From Amoebidium appalachense (lineage: Eukaryota > Protista > Ichthyosporea), in contig CAVNZM010000001.1 of NCBI GenBank assembly GCA_963693365.1, forward strand, positions 11,930,161 to 11,994,160: DNA of 64,000 nt, read 5' to 3'. A program made the translations under genes and the position numbers. Numbering within the stretch: the stretch's first letter is position 1; the number at the start of each line of letters is the position of its first letter. Below are positions 24,192 through 61,125 of this stretch, in pieces. Under the pieces are notes generated by a model. That model was given only the letters and a program-made list of their open reading frames with translations, made no database searches and was not told the origin of the DNA.

Positions 24192-24278
24192 AGTGGTAAT
24201 TTTGGACTCGACGATCTGAGTGGTAATTTTGGACTCGACGATCTGATTGGTCGAATACTGATTGGTTGAATGCTGATG
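24192..24278 (+). repeat. 27-bp tandem duplication followed by 15-bp repeats carrying CTGATTGG (reverse CCAAT box)
   Basis: AGTGGTAATTTTGGACTCGACGATCTG x2, then CTGATTGGT(C/T)GAAT(A/G) x2 plus a partial copy. Confidence 0.9.
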
Positions 24279-24881
24279 TCGACAGACACACTTTAGTTCT
24301 TTCAAAGTAAATTTACATTTTGAGGTTAGTGGACACTTGCCGAAAACCGGAATTCAGAAAAAAAGAAAAAAAATAGCCATGTATGGTTACCCACCTGCCA
24401 AAAAGAGATTATTAATAATTCCTCATTTTTGATTGGGTGCATTTTTCCGCGCCCTGGGCCATCCAGCCAGTCAAATCCCCCTGACCTCCCGCCTTTTGAT
24501 TTCCACGGGTTCCCTCCACAATATTAACAGGGTTAAAAAGAGGACAAGAGGCCAGGCCACATACTCTAGGACTCGTCTCTTCTTCCTATCAACAGCTATG
24601 TTTCCTTCTTCATCTTGATCGTTCTTATAGCGATCTACCCCCCCTTCCCCCTCCTCCCCCCTGCCCCCCCCTCCCCCTCTCATGCACACAGTCAATATCT
24701 CCCTCATCCATGTGCACTAGCAGTGCACACCCCACCAGGTGCCCCTCTCTTACCGAGGATCTGTCTCCAGTGCTCGCTCCCCCCCTCCCCCCCCCCCCCC
24801 CCCCCCCCCCTTCTCTTTCTCCTTTAACCCCCCTTCCCCCCGGCCATTTCCCCATCCCATTCGAAGCTCCCTTTCCTTCCC

Positions 24882-24934
<53 letters not shown>

Positions 24935-24953
24935 CCCCGCGCCCCCCCCCCTC

Positions 24954-24987
<34 letters not shown>

Positions 24988-25970
24988 CCCCCTCTCTCCC
25001 CTCCCCCCTCCCCCCTCTAATTTCACCCCAACCCTCCATTTGAGAAAGCCTCGGAAGAAAGAAAAAAAAAAAAAAGCACAGAAACAATATGATGTTTCCT
25101 CGTCACCACGGACACACAACCAACCGAACCACAGTGTACATGTACACCACACACACACACACACACACATGTTCACACCATTAGAACCAAATTGAATCAC
25201 GCTTAAAAACGAAGCGTCATTCTTTTTATGTACGTCGGGCTGCTATAGAAAATCAGATGTGTTATTTGAATGTAAAGGGGGTCACCGTGTTTCAAGTCAT
25301 AGGACTCTAAACCGTTAGAGGTATCATAAAGCTTTAAAAGCATGATTAAGATATGGCATTAGCTGCCATTTAATTGGTGCAATTTCCTCTCGCAAGGTGG
25401 GAAAACGTAGAATATATATCTGTTTATCATGCCCTCTCCTCCCCCCTCTCCCCCCTCCCCACTCTTCCCCTCCCCTCCCCTTCCCCCCCCCCCCCTGCCC
25501 CCCCCCCCCCCCCCCCCCCCCACACACACCCCACTTCTTCCCCTCCGCCTTCTACCCCCCCCTCCCCCCTCCCCCCCCCCCCCCCCTCCCCTCCCCTCCC
25601 GGCACCCCGTTCTCCCTCAAACATTTGAGATTGTCTAATAAGACTTAGTACTAAATGCATACGACTGATTGTACGTTCAAAAAGAAAACACATTACCTGT
25701 AGGCATTTGGGTTTCCAGAAATGTTCCACCCAATACCTATATTTGGATACACCTGCACATCCTCGTGTGTTGATTGGCCAACGGATTCTTGCAATATGAG
25801 CAAAGAGGATATGGTCGGGGGGAGAGGGGGGGGGGAAGGGGGGGAGCTCGAGGGGGACCTCCCCCCCCCCCCCCCCCCCCTGCGCAGTTTCTCTTATAAT
25901 CGTTCTCTTCTTTGCCTTCCCTCTCCCCTCCCCCTCTCCCCCGGCCCTCCTCTCCCCCCTCCCTCTCCCC

Positions 25971-26001
<31 letters not shown>

Positions 26002-26307
26002 ACTCCCCCTCCTCCCTCCCCCCTCTCCCCTTTCCTCCTATCCCTTCCACCCTCCGTCCTTCCCTCCCCCCTCCCCCCTGCCACGACAGAGTTCAACACA
26101 GTGCCTCGTTACCAAAAGAATGAAAAGACGCTGCGTGATGCCATCCAATAGATTAAGACCTTTGAACAACAAAGTTGTCGCCTAATTGGTCGATTTAGTA
26201 GGATCAATTCTAAACGGTACCTCAAATTACATGAGGTTTCTCTCATGGCAGTACAACTGAGTCATGGACAACTCAATATCATGATCTACCCCACGGAAAC
26301 CGTCACC

Positions 26308-26354
<47 letters not shown>

Positions 26355-26567
26355 ACCACCACCACCCACCCACCCACCCACCCACCCACCCACCCACCCA
26401 CACCCACACACACACACCCTCCAAAAAAAAAAAACAAAAAAAAAACACGCACATAGAACTCTATCCCATTGCACACATTTCCTTGCAAATTCGATCGTAT
26501 TGAGAGAGAGAGAGGCAGGGAGGGGTGAGGGCGGGAGGAGGGGAAAGGGTTGGGGTTAACGTGTGTA

Positions 26568-26630
<63 letters not shown>

Positions 26631-26969
26631 GGGGGGGGGGGGGGGGGGGGGGGGGGGTGCTGCTGGGCACTAACCAAGCAAACATCGTTTGTTATTTTTG
26701 CGGATTGCAACATTAGATAAAAAAAAGTGTCCCAGAAAGACGGCGTGTTGATTAGGGGATAATGTGCTGTTTATTATTAGTCATCATTCATGACTGGGAA
26801 AAGGTGTCGGCACCAGGCCAACAGTACTTCCACCCACACCCTTTAAGCACAAAGATTATATATATATCAAAGCACGCATTAAGTTTAATAACAATAGTCG
26901 ACTATGTAGATTATATGCATATCCGTTAGCTTAACAAGCTATTCTTAAACAGTATCAACTGGAATCAGA

Positions 26970-27014
<45 letters not shown>

Positions 27015-27361
27015 TTCCCCCCACCCTCGAAAAAAAAAAAAAAGGAAAAAGAGAAAAACAAAAACCTTTCTCCATTCGATCCCTCCCACACAACCCCCTT
27101 TACCCCCCCCCCCCCCCCCCCCCCCCCCTCCCTCCCTCTCACGTTACCCCTGGCAGCTTCTCGCAGCTTCCCCGAGTACAGGAGGTGCACTATAGCATTC
27201 CCTAGACGGGCACATATCAAAGCACGAAAATATTATCATTGAAAGCCTCCTTCCGAAATTTCATGTGAATGGAAAATTTCATAACCACCCCACAGCAATT
27301 ACGCAGAATTAACCCCCCCCCCCCCCCCCCCCAATTCAATCATAAATCCAATGGCCCAATA

Positions 27362-28188
27362 TTAAAAAGCACACTGATCCTTCCCGCTCCCGGTCCCGGG
27401 GTAGGCGGGTGGTGCCACATCTTCCACTGTCTGATTCTGTTCGTTTTGAAGCGACGGCACCGCAAACATAAAAGTATCTGCGAATTTCTCGTTCTGGATT
27501 AGGTTAAATCTCCCGTAAAGTTTCCACCCAGCCCTCTCCGCACCGTAGAGCATAGCACCGACAATCCTCGTCACGCACACACTGTCTTCAATTGATTGGC
27601 CGTTAAACGAAAATTTCCACGAACCAAAACGGAATTCGTAACAGTCCGGTACATCCTGAGACCACCCATGATTATTGCAATTGAGGAAAAACGGATATTA
27701 TATATAGCTCTACCGCGTTTTTGAAAGAGGAAACATATTCTCGCGTGGGCGCAACGCTCAAAGGAGGAAAAACACAAATTCCACTACGTATCGCATCCAC
27801 ACACACGACAACGTGAAAACGATCACGCGCGTTTTGAGCTAACTGGTGATCTACATTGCGTTGAACCAAGCGTCTTGATTGTATTGTTTCGAAAACGCAA
27901 TCGAGGGGATTTGGCAAGGTGCATTTTCGCACAAAAAAAAGAACGTCCAAGTCTGAGAGCTTGTTGTTCACCCGTGCAGCCGTCTGGAATACGCAACCGA
28001 ACCTGCAGGGGAGAAAAAAAGGCAGTGCTGAAACATATTTTGGCAATTCAGTGTTTTTTTTTAAAGAAAAAGTATTAACACATGTGGTGAAATGAGCGAG
28101 TACACGAAGAAGATGTATGGCTACCCATCCGGTCTCCATGCACCGGAAATGGGAGGAAAGGGGTGTGTGGTGTGGTGTGGTGTGGTGT

Positions 28189-28240
<52 letters not shown>

Positions 28241-28821
28241 GGGGGGAAGTATACCTTACAGAGTATCAACTACTCATCGACCACAAAAACACAATGCAGA
28301 CTTTGCACACCACACACAAAGAATATGCATCATTGGGTGGATGGGTGGGTGGGTGGTGGTGGTGGTGGTGGTGGTGGTGTTTTTATTTATTTATTTTTTA
28401 TTTTTTAATTTTTTTTTTGAGGGGGGGGGGGGGGGGAGGGAGGGGTTTGCCTACATAAAATATACACCCCCCCCCCCCCCAAAAAAAAACAAAACAACAA
28501 AACAAAAAAAAACCCCAACTTCAAAAGGGGGAACAAAAAACTTCCTTCCTCCCCAGTTAGATCTGACGTGGACGTGGAGGTGTGAGTAGTGGTACGTGCA
28601 TGTTTTTTGCTGGGGGGAGGGGGGGGGGGGGGGAGAGAGAGAGCGGGGAAGGGGGTTGGTGGTAGTTCTTCGAACACTTTTTTTTTCGTTTGTATGTTAG
28701 GATGAGTGCACGTTTGGGGAAGTGGGTTGGGAAGGGAGACGAGCGGGGAGGGGGAGGAGGGGAGCGCAGGTAATGCAAACGGGAGTAAACGGGAACTGGG
28801 AAAAGGAAGTAGGGAAAAGGC

Positions 28822-28876
<55 letters not shown>

Positions 28877-29591
28877 CAGTGCTTGTGTGCACGTGACTGT
28901 GTGTGCGTGAGCACCTGTACGCGAGAAGGTGCGTGCGTGCAAAAACAAAGTTGTGGTTGCATGGGTGTGGAGGTAAAAGGGAGTGACTGATATGACAGGG
29001 CCCGGGATAGAGCCTGGAAGTAGGCAGCAAGAGGAGTGGCAGAGATAAAAGAAGGGAACCTCTTGCCAGGGGAGGAACGAAGAGGGGGGGACGGAGGTGT
29101 TTGGCCTGTCCGGGTGGGTAGGTAGGTGGCGATGATGGGGAGCAGGTAAGAAAAGAGAGAGACACGGTCCGGCTCTAAAGGGAGTCTGGGGGCACGAGGA
29201 GACAAACAGAAGGGGAGAGGATGGTGCAAGGAAGGAAGAGGAAGGGGTGTGGGACCCAGGAAGGTGGGGAAGGGGGGGCAGGGGGGAAAGGGCGAGGGGG
29301 GGGCAGAGGGGGGGGGGGGGGGGGGGGGGGGGGGCAAGCAGGTAATGAACAGGACGGTACCAAACGGAAGAAGGCGGTATGTGTATGTATTTCGAGGGGG
29401 GGGGGGGGGGGGGGAGGAAGTGGGGAGTTTGAGGAAAAAGAACGTGACTACGGAGAAAGAAAAAAGAAAATGGAGTGAGGAGACAAGAAAATGACAGGCC
29501 CAAAAGCATGTGGACAGGAAGCCTTAGGGAGGACCAGGGTTTGGAAAGAGCTGACATGAAGCACTGAGACGGTAGTGATGGCCGGGGGGCA

Positions 29592-29623
<32 letters not shown>

Positions 29624-30642
29624 GGGGAGGATGTGAACTCGCTGTGTTCGTGCATCACTGTATGTGTGTGTATGAGCGTGTGTGTAGGGAGTTTTGACGT
29701 AAGCATGTGTATGACACTGTGCGTGTGGTGTGCTTGTGTGCATACGTGTGTGGGTGTGTATGCATTTGCATACTACGAATGTCAGGCTGTGTACACGCGC
29801 TTATGTGCGCTCATGCAGGTGTATGTGTGCATGTGTGCGTGTGTACGCGCACGTGTGCGCACATGGTGGGAGGGTGCGGGGTTAATGAAGAGGCCGAAAG
29901 GGAATGAGAAACTTTTTGGAAGCGGGGCCGGAGTGTAGGGATGTGGGCAGAGTATGAAGTGGGAGAGATGAAAGAAGGGAAACGTGTCGAGGTTCCCGGA
30001 AAGCGTGTAACTGAAGGGGAGTGAGTGGATGGGTGGGTGGGTTGGGGGGGGGGGGGGGGGGGGGGGGAGTTGTTTAAGTACGGGTGGGTGGGTGGTGGTG
30101 AGGCAGGCAATAGCCTGCGGGCAGGGAAGGAAAAAAGAAAGGGATAGTTCGGTCCTGCAAAGACCTCGGGGAGACGAGAGAACAAAGAGTGGACTGGGGG
30201 AAGTGTTGGAGGGAGTGAAGAGGGATGCTTGGGGCAGGCAGGGACGGATGACAGGGGAAGACAGGAGGCGGGATGCGGTAGTGGATTGGGTGGGTCCCGT
30301 GGGGGGGGGGGGGGGGGGGGGGGGGAAGGGGAAGGGGAAAGGAGAAGGGGGGGAGGGGGGGAAGGGGATCAGTCATCCATACCTGCCGAGAGCGATGATA
30401 AAGGCACACACAAGCTGCCGTGATTCAACCAGCTTTCGCCCCGTCTCAGCCAAGAGCGCACACTCGCCAAAGTTAATCTCGCATCCATACTCCTTTTCCT
30501 TGTAACGAAACGAAGCGTCTGGTCTCATGTTATCCCTCAGCTCCGCTACGAATGGAGGAATTTCGGTGGATGAGAGGCCGCTGAGTGCAAACCTAGAGCC
30601 TCCCTTGACTGTGAGGGTCACGGAGGGACTTGCACATGTCAT
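27362..30642 (-). CDS. Uncharacterised two-repeat protein, ~249 aa; exons 30642-30383, 28002-27807, 27655-27362
   Basis: Phase-compatible GT-AG junctions (GGCAG|GTATGG..CTGCAG|G; GTC|GTGTGT..CTCAG|GAT) give 750 nt open. Internal repeat: [57 protein letters not shown] versus [59 protein letters not shown]. The start codon is uncertain because the frame is open upstream to ~30858. Confidence 0.7.
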
Positions 30643-32638
30643 TTCAGGGATGTTAGTAACGAAAGAAGAAAGAAAGGGGTCAATGTCAAAAACGAGAAAC
30701 TCTTGCCGTGTCGCTCGTGTCACAGTGGTTACCACAGAGGGCGGTGATGGAGTAGTGCCTGCCTGCGGCCTGGCCACACGACACCACCCTCGGAAGTCGA
30801 AGGGAAAATGCCGTTTTTTCGAAGTTCCCAACTCTACAGCGGGGCAAAAAAATGATTGTCAGACCAGTCGCCCAAGCCTTGCGGTTGGGCCTAAGTCAGC
30901 AATTGAGTACAAGCGACTCGGGAAGCTATTAAATAAACTGTGCAGACCTCAGTATGTAAGTCGACATAAGGCTAGGCACAGCGTTCTGTATGTACTCTCC
31001 CATGTAGATAGCCTCAAGCTCCCTCAAGGACTAACGCTTACCGCTTTGTCACGTCATGTTTCTCACACCGACACACAGACATGTCATCACGACATCGGCT
31101 GACAACGCGCGGGTGCGGTTCTTTTTTCAGTTTTGGAACCCTGGATTCCCAAAAATTCCCGTTATAACTTCGAGGTTGGAAAATTCCATTGGAAAAGGGA
31201 AAAAAATAGCAAAGAAAAATTCCAACTACACTTGACAGCATACGGAGTGACACATTTATAAGAAATATAACACCAGTGCACTGAAAAGAAGAATGGAAGT
31301 TGTTGTGTTTTACATAGGTGTCATGATGTCAACGGTCACGAACTGGAAACTACTGGATAAAAATTGCCGGCATATGATTGGATCAAGGATAAGTCTTCGC
31401 ATTTTGCTGCATTCCCTACATTCCACTGTTTAATTTTAGGTGCAACATAAAAAGTAACTTCTCTTCGGGCCGGCACTAATTGATTTGGCCGGCAGCCGGC
31501 CAGCTCTAAACAACTCTATTGTGATTCAAAATCATTAGAAAAAGCTCAAACAAATTGCATATGCCGACAGGTATATGTCTTAACTACATATGTTTCTAAG
31601 TTGGTCTGTGAAAAATACCATTATTTCGTGTACTTTTATATCTGTTTCTGAAGTGACTTTCGAGATTTTGAGAAAATCTTGGAGCTGTCATCGAATGTCG
31701 ACTGAGCCGGCCAATCATATTCTGCCATTTTCACATTGGTCCAATCAGAAGCTTGCATTGACAGCAGCATTTGGATCAGGGTTCGAAGGACGGTGAAGCC
31801 CATTAACGGAAGTCGAAATCCCGTTTCAGAAAACCTCTTCGAAAATCGGAATGCTCCGTCGGAGCAGGCCCACCAAAAATCGTAATCGTCGCACATCAGT
31901 AAACTAGGGCATGCTTATCTGTGCCTATATTGCATCAAAATGTAATTATAATGCATACTCAAAAACCCCTGTGGTTATTAGAGGCCTTTCTGGTGTTGGC
32001 AGTTGAAGCTTTAAAGGAATAAAAGGGAAATATGAAGTGCATTAATGCACAATATATATATACATTTTGTCTCCGTATTTAAAAATTCTGGGGGAGGGGA
32101 GGGTAGGGAGGGAGGGGGGGGGAGTGAGTTGAGGCAGCAACATGGGAAGCTCAGGCAGAAATCAAATGTTTGGGGGGGGGGGGGAGAGGGGGGGGGGGGG
32201 GGGGGAAGAAAATCACGTTGGGTGGTTGTGTTTGTGTTTGTGTGTGAGTGGGTATTTTTCTTTGCATTGTGTGTGTGTGTGGTGGGTATGTATGCACGGT
32301 GTGTGTGTCTGTGTGTATGTGTACAGGTGTGGGTGTGTGTATTTGTGTCAGCGGTAATCTGTGTGTGTGTCTAATAGCATGTTGTGTGCATGTGTGCACA
32401 TGTGCGCGCGCGCGCGCGCGCGTGTGTGTTTGTGTGTGTGTGTGTGTGCATGGCATTGTGTGCATGTGTGTGTGTGTTTTGTGTCAACGGTTATGGTGTG
32501 TGTGTATGTATGTACAGTGTGTGTATGTATGTGTGTGTGCGCAGTGTGTGTGTATGTATGCAGGGTGTGTGTGTCTGTGTACGGTGTGTGTACATGCCAG
32601 TGTGGGTGTGTGTGTTTGTACCAACGGTTTCTTGTGTC

Positions 32639-32675
<37 letters not shown>

Positions 32676-34739
32676 GCCACGGGGTGTGTGTGCGTGCGCC
32701 GTGTACATGGTGTGTGTGCAGTGCAAGTGTGTGTAAGTGTGACTGTGTGTGTGTGTGTGTGTGTTACATGTCGGGGGGTGCATAGCATGTGATTGTACAA
32801 GGTTGATGCATGTGCAGGTTTGTAATACAGTTATCATGATCTGAGATAGTATGTGCCTGTGCACGTGTACTAGCCTAGCCTAACATGTGTGGTGTCACGG
32901 CTGTGTATGTATGTGCATGTGTGTCTTTGAAAGGAACACAGTGGTGCACAGTGTGTGTATTGCCTGCCATTTAAGACGCGTGCCACTGATCGTGATACAC
33001 GTGGCACCTGCACCTGGTGACCGTCGACTCTGAGCATCTAGATCCATTCCATGTTTACTAATAGGCCTTCCTGGGGGGGAAGGGGGGGGGGGGGGGGGGA
33101 GTACTAGTAGGGGGGGGGGGGGATCCGCCTGAGAAAGGGGGGGGGGGGGGGGAGGGGTGAGGCCGGAGCGGCGGTGGGGGGAGAAGGAGGGGCAGCACTG
33201 GTGGAGGGAACGGTGGGCAGCGGAGGAGGGGGGAATGGGGTTCGATTTCTGGGGGGGGAAAGTTTTGAAGTGGAGGCCGGCCTATATATACATGCGCACT
33301 GCCAGGCATATGCATTGTATGTTCATGTGGCCATGCATGGCTATGATGCATATGTGGTGTCACGGCTGTGTGTATGTGAATGTGTGTGTGTGTGTCTGTG
33401 TGTGTGCGTGTATGTGTGCGCGCGCGTGGGTGTGTGCATAAATGTGTTTGGTGTGACAACATGTACATGTGCTAGGCTGGCGCTGTAGTCAGGGCCTGCC
33501 ATTGAACATTCTACAGGGACAGGGAAACACGTACGTACGTACGCGTGTGCAGGTTGTGTGGGTGGTGTATGCCCCGTGTATGATGAGACCTGCGAAGTCA
33601 TGAGAAGCTTCCCCCCGGAGGCCGGGGGGGAGGGGGGGGGGGGAGGGGGGGGGGGGGGGAGGGGGGGGGGGGGGGGGGGGGGAGGGGGGCGCGGGCCCAT
33701 TCGGCCGGGACGATTTTCGGAACTGTTTTTTCAAATATCGGAAATTCCGATTTTTTTTCGTAACTTCGAACCCTGCTCGTCAAGCTCGTCAAGCGGGCAA
33801 GCACCCTTCGTAGTTACACTATATACAAAGTATCGTGTGTCAGAACAAAGTTCAAGTTTTATTGCATAAAACAAAGGATCAATACATATTTTACTTTCGT
33901 GCAACTTTTCATAGGCTAGTTCTTATCAACTTTATGCTCACATTACAGCAGAAACTTGGTCATGTCGAAAAGTGACATGTCGATCTCGATCTTGGGAAAT
34001 TTGCCGGTAGGAACAGGTTAATGTGCAATCTTCAAATGTAAAAACCGGCATGATTGGACGCGATTATGCGATCATCATGTTCAAGCTATGTGTGCAATGA
34101 TATTTATGACTTACCCTTTGGAGCAACTTGCTAGTAAAAAAGGCCTCCGACGTGCTGCAGGTGCTCCATATACTCATTGCACCACACACCAGGCAGTGTT
34201 TATTGTATGTAAGTTCGAAGTACTGAGTAGTTTACCGAAAAACCTTTCGAAAAACGCTCAAAAACCGTGCTAGAACACAGAAAGCTTTTTATTGTTGAAG
34301 CTTATGTTCAACCCTTCACGTCGTTTTCAATCTGGCGGGCGGCGTGACCATTCACTCGCACTGAAAGCATCTCCAGTTTTGTGGTTTCTTTTGCAATCAT
34401 CGTGCTTCTTGTGACCCCTGTTCTATTTTGATTTAAAAAGGTCAAGCCGGAGTACTCCCATACGTATTTGACGAACCATTGCATTCACGCGCTGTTCTTT
34501 GGTTTCTTCCAAAACATCTGATCATCTGCACCGACTTAGTGGTATAAGTACAAACGGTCAAGCCTTGGGGCCATACACCTTATCCTAGTGCCATCTAGTA
34601 TACACTGTGAAAGTTTGCTCGAACGCTCTTAACCATAACCCAAACACTTACGTCACGTTTACAACGCTGTCTGGCAAAACGATCACCACCTTTACAAGAA
34701 GTTACACCGATTAGGCCAGTTCGTTTCGGGACACACACA

Positions 34740-39820
<5,081 letters not shown>

Positions 39821-39915
39821 TGGAATAGTTTCCACTTATCCCCCTCCCCCCCCCCTCCCCTTCCCCCTCTCCACCCACCCACCCACCCACCCACCCACCC
39901 ACCCATTCACACACA

Positions 39916-39976
<61 letters not shown>

Positions 39977-40657
39977 CTCCACACACACACACACGCACAC
40001 ACACACACACCTCTCCTCCTCCTCCTCCTTCCCCATTTTCATTTTTTTTTTTTTTTTTCAAACATCATTTTAACTCAGCTGCTGGGCCCCAGGCTGGTAA
40101 AGATTTTCTTGACAGTTTTGTTTGACCGTGTAAAAGGATACTGTGCATGGGTAAAATCTATGTCGTAACCTCCTGGTTTTACGTACTAGTAGTATACTGG
40201 TGGTAAACTTGTTTTGGTCGCGTCAGATAGCACTGCACTGATTGTTGTGATGATTGTTCAAAATCCAAAGATTGTCACCGTGTTTGGTTGTTTTCCATCA
40301 CAGCAGGAGGTCTCCATGAGAATTTGATATTTCGAGTAGATCACTCGGTTATTACACTATAGATCTTGAATAGCATAACTTGCTGCAGAAAGAAAAGCAG
40401 CCTAATTTACAGACCCTTTTGCAATGTAGGCATGGGGTGACGTTTGATATATCCCTTTTGTTTTTTCTTCTTCTTTGTTTCTTTCTTTTTTCTTTCTACC
40501 ATTCTTCCTTTCTTTTCCTCCTTTATCTCTCTATTTCTTTCTTGTTTTCTTTTCTATTCTCCTTGTTTAATGGCTAGCTACATAGGGCCCCCTGTAGGTG
40601 AAAATTCGAGTAGTTTTGGTTACAATGCACGTGGTCAAATCGAACTATCTTACCGTT

Positions 40658-40734
40658 GGTAGGTATGATGAGCGGCACCCATTCCTACACGTAGCATTGA
40701 TTTAGAATTTACCATCTACATCAGCTGACCTATC
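40658..40734 (+). ncRNA. Box C/D snoRNA candidate
   Basis: Box C ATGATGA (40665-40671), box D CTGA (40725-40728), and a 6-bp terminal stem GGTAGG/CCTATC at canonical spacing; 77 nt. Confidence 0.6.
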
Positions 40735-40885
40735 ACTTTGTCCGACAGCTGTACATAGCAACAATGTGTAATAAATATGGAGAAAGTCCGGGCACGTTGC
40801 AAACGGCACTGCAAAATTTGATCACTATGTGACGCGCTGTCTAAGACTTGCAATTCGTGACAGGGTGTGTGTGTCCGGGCACGGC

Positions 40886-40927
<42 letters not shown>

Positions 40928-40948
40928 ATATGTATGTGTGTGTGCTAC

Positions 40949-41017
<69 letters not shown>

Positions 41018-41227
41018 ACGTGCGCATGTGGTCAAACCCTTCTTCAACACAGTGGCTGGGTTCTCGGACTCGAGCTGAGCTCAAGATAAGACGCCTGGGC
41101 GGCAGAGTTTCGACTTCTGCCAGCTGGACTAAATGATTATGTAGCTAAAGCTAGCTAAGGCAAACATGATGGGGATTTGATTAGGCACGCACACAGCGGC
41201 AATGAATGGTGTGCGGCAGAAAAGAGC

Positions 41228-41258
<31 letters not shown>

Positions 41259-41370
41259 AGGCTCTTCCCCAGCCACACAAACACACACACACACACACAC
41301 ACACCTAGGCCCCCACACGTACACACGCGCACACACACCCACACAAAAAAAAAAGAGGAAAAAAAAAAAG

Positions 41371-41443
41371 AGGCTCGACCGAGAATCGAACTCGGGACCT
41401 TCTGCTTACTAGGCAGACGCTCTGCCATCTGAGCCATCGAGCC
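41371..41443 (-). tRNA. tRNA-Thr(AGT)
   Basis: GGCTCGA TG GCTC AGATGGCA GAGC G TCTGC CT-AGT-AA GCAGA AGGTC CCGAG TTCGATT CTCGG TCGAGCC T. All four stems are perfect, there is no encoded CCA, and an oligo-T Pol III terminator follows. Confidence 0.98.
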
Positions 41444-41833
41444 GCGCTAATGACGAGTGCGAGTACCATCAAAAAGACATCTACCTGAAAACTCTTCCAC
41501 ACTCAGACAACCCAGACTGCACATAACAAAAATGCCATAGCACATGGTCCGCCAAGTCACTTTATTCAGCCACACGTGATACCGTTTCTTATGCACACGG
41601 AATATATCTTGAACACAGTCCGCTTTTACATGCCAGTGTTTTATTTACTCTCTCACAATCACCGCCAAAAAAAGTGAAATGTCAATAGGATACGTAGGTT
41701 TAAAAAAAAAAAAATTTACCCGAAAATATATGCACTTGTACACACTGAAGAAAACGCAACATTCAAACATAAAACAATACAGCAGTCAACGGCACACCAA
41801 ATGCACACACACACCAAGCACAGAACTAGTCGG

Positions 41834-41909
<76 letters not shown>

Positions 41910-41938
41910 CACACACACACAAACGCACACACACACAA

Positions 41939-41976
<38 letters not shown>

Positions 41977-42977
41977 CTCTCTCTCTGCGGGCAAGACACG
42001 AAAGCACGTCACATTGACACACCTGCCTTATGGTTTGCCCTTGAGATAATATTTGCTTGCTATGCTGATACCACGCTCGCTAGCATTAAACCTGCATGTT
42101 TAATCTCACAAAGAACAAGTGCCCAAACACAAAAAAACAATGAATATGTCCCCATTTCTGCACATGTACACCCTACCATATGCTTAGAAGCTTTCCTTTT
42201 ATTTGCATTAAAGGCACACATTCTGGTAGTTATATGTGATTATATGTCTCAGGCCTACAGTAAGATGAACTCACTTCTGGTGTTTTTGTTTCAGGCCATG
42301 TTTTGCCTATACATTTTGTGATAGTGTTTTTGCGTTCAAGAAAAGTAGATGCCTGCCTTTGTGCCCGTACATGAACTGTGTGTGTGTGTGTGTGTGTGCG
42401 TGCGTGTGTGTATGTGTGCGTGTGTGTGTGTGCGCGCGCGCTCACACTAGCGAATGTATGTGCATATGTGCAAGGTATGTGCCTGCTCTTACCATGCATG
42501 GGTGTGCGTTTCTGCCATGAAATAATGGCAAATTTCTAGAGAGCGTGTCTCGGGAAGCAACATATACAGCGGCAGGATCCACCCACAGTCAAAATCCCAA
42601 CGCCAGCCCGGGCAGCCGCTTAGGTATCTTCACCACCGGCGCCTGAGGGGGAGGACAAAAGTGGGCATGTCAGAACAAGGAGAAAAAGGGAGACCAAAAG
42701 GGCTGAAAAAAATAAAATCAAGCGAACCAGTCCGGAGATTTCTCATCTCCATACCCCGCAAAACGCACACACGAACATACACACGTCCCGTTTTTGTCTC
42801 TCCCTTCAGTATACTCACCATTACAAAAACCTCTATGCACACACAGGGACAAGGCACACATGCACGCGTAGAGACACACGTGCATGAATTAGTAAACACA
42901 CTAAAACATCCCGCATCCCGCCCACCAATCTATCCAAACACTCCACCCAACCACCTAACCCCCCCCCCCCCCCCCCA

Positions 42978-43056
<79 letters not shown>

Positions 43057-43134
43057 AACCCTCACAAACAAGCACCCTAACACCCATTCGTGCATCGCCC
43101 ACAGCACCTACCATATCCACAGATTTAATTAACA

Positions 43135-60650
<17,516 letters not shown>

Positions 60651-61125
60651 CTTCCTCTCCGTAGATGGGAGTGACTGCACAAATCCTACCAACAAAACGA
60701 GTGCTATCCGATATTTCTGACTTGCTCGTTGTTATATGGTGCTACGGCCAGAAGGACGAAGCAAGAGCCTTAGTGTGCCCGTAAAGTGAATAACCTACCT
60801 CTTCCAGAGTTAAAGTCTTTATGTATATGTATCTATATGTACATAACCAGAAACTTGTAACGTCTACACGACGCTTTCTCTTGTTTTCAAAAGCTGAAAC
60901 TTTGAAAATCTGGAAAAGCACAAATGCATGTGGCTGCAGCCGCTGTGACGAGCCGCCCTTCAGATTCAAATGCTGAAAATTACCGACAAGAACACAGAAT
61001 CAATATGTCGTAAAGGTCATTTTCATGAATTTTTGGGGTCAAACAAGGGACATATGGGTAGCCCCGTGGGGTACCAAAAAAGCACCTTTTCCTTTTTTTA
61101 CCGGTGTTGTTAGATGACTGGCTCG

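Noticed and set aside
27362-27376. C-terminal CaaX prenylation signal (DQCAF)
   Set aside because: The cysteine is third, not fourth, from the end.
30527-31102. 191-aa plus-strand ORF
   Set aside because: Antisense to the better supported spliced minus-strand gene.
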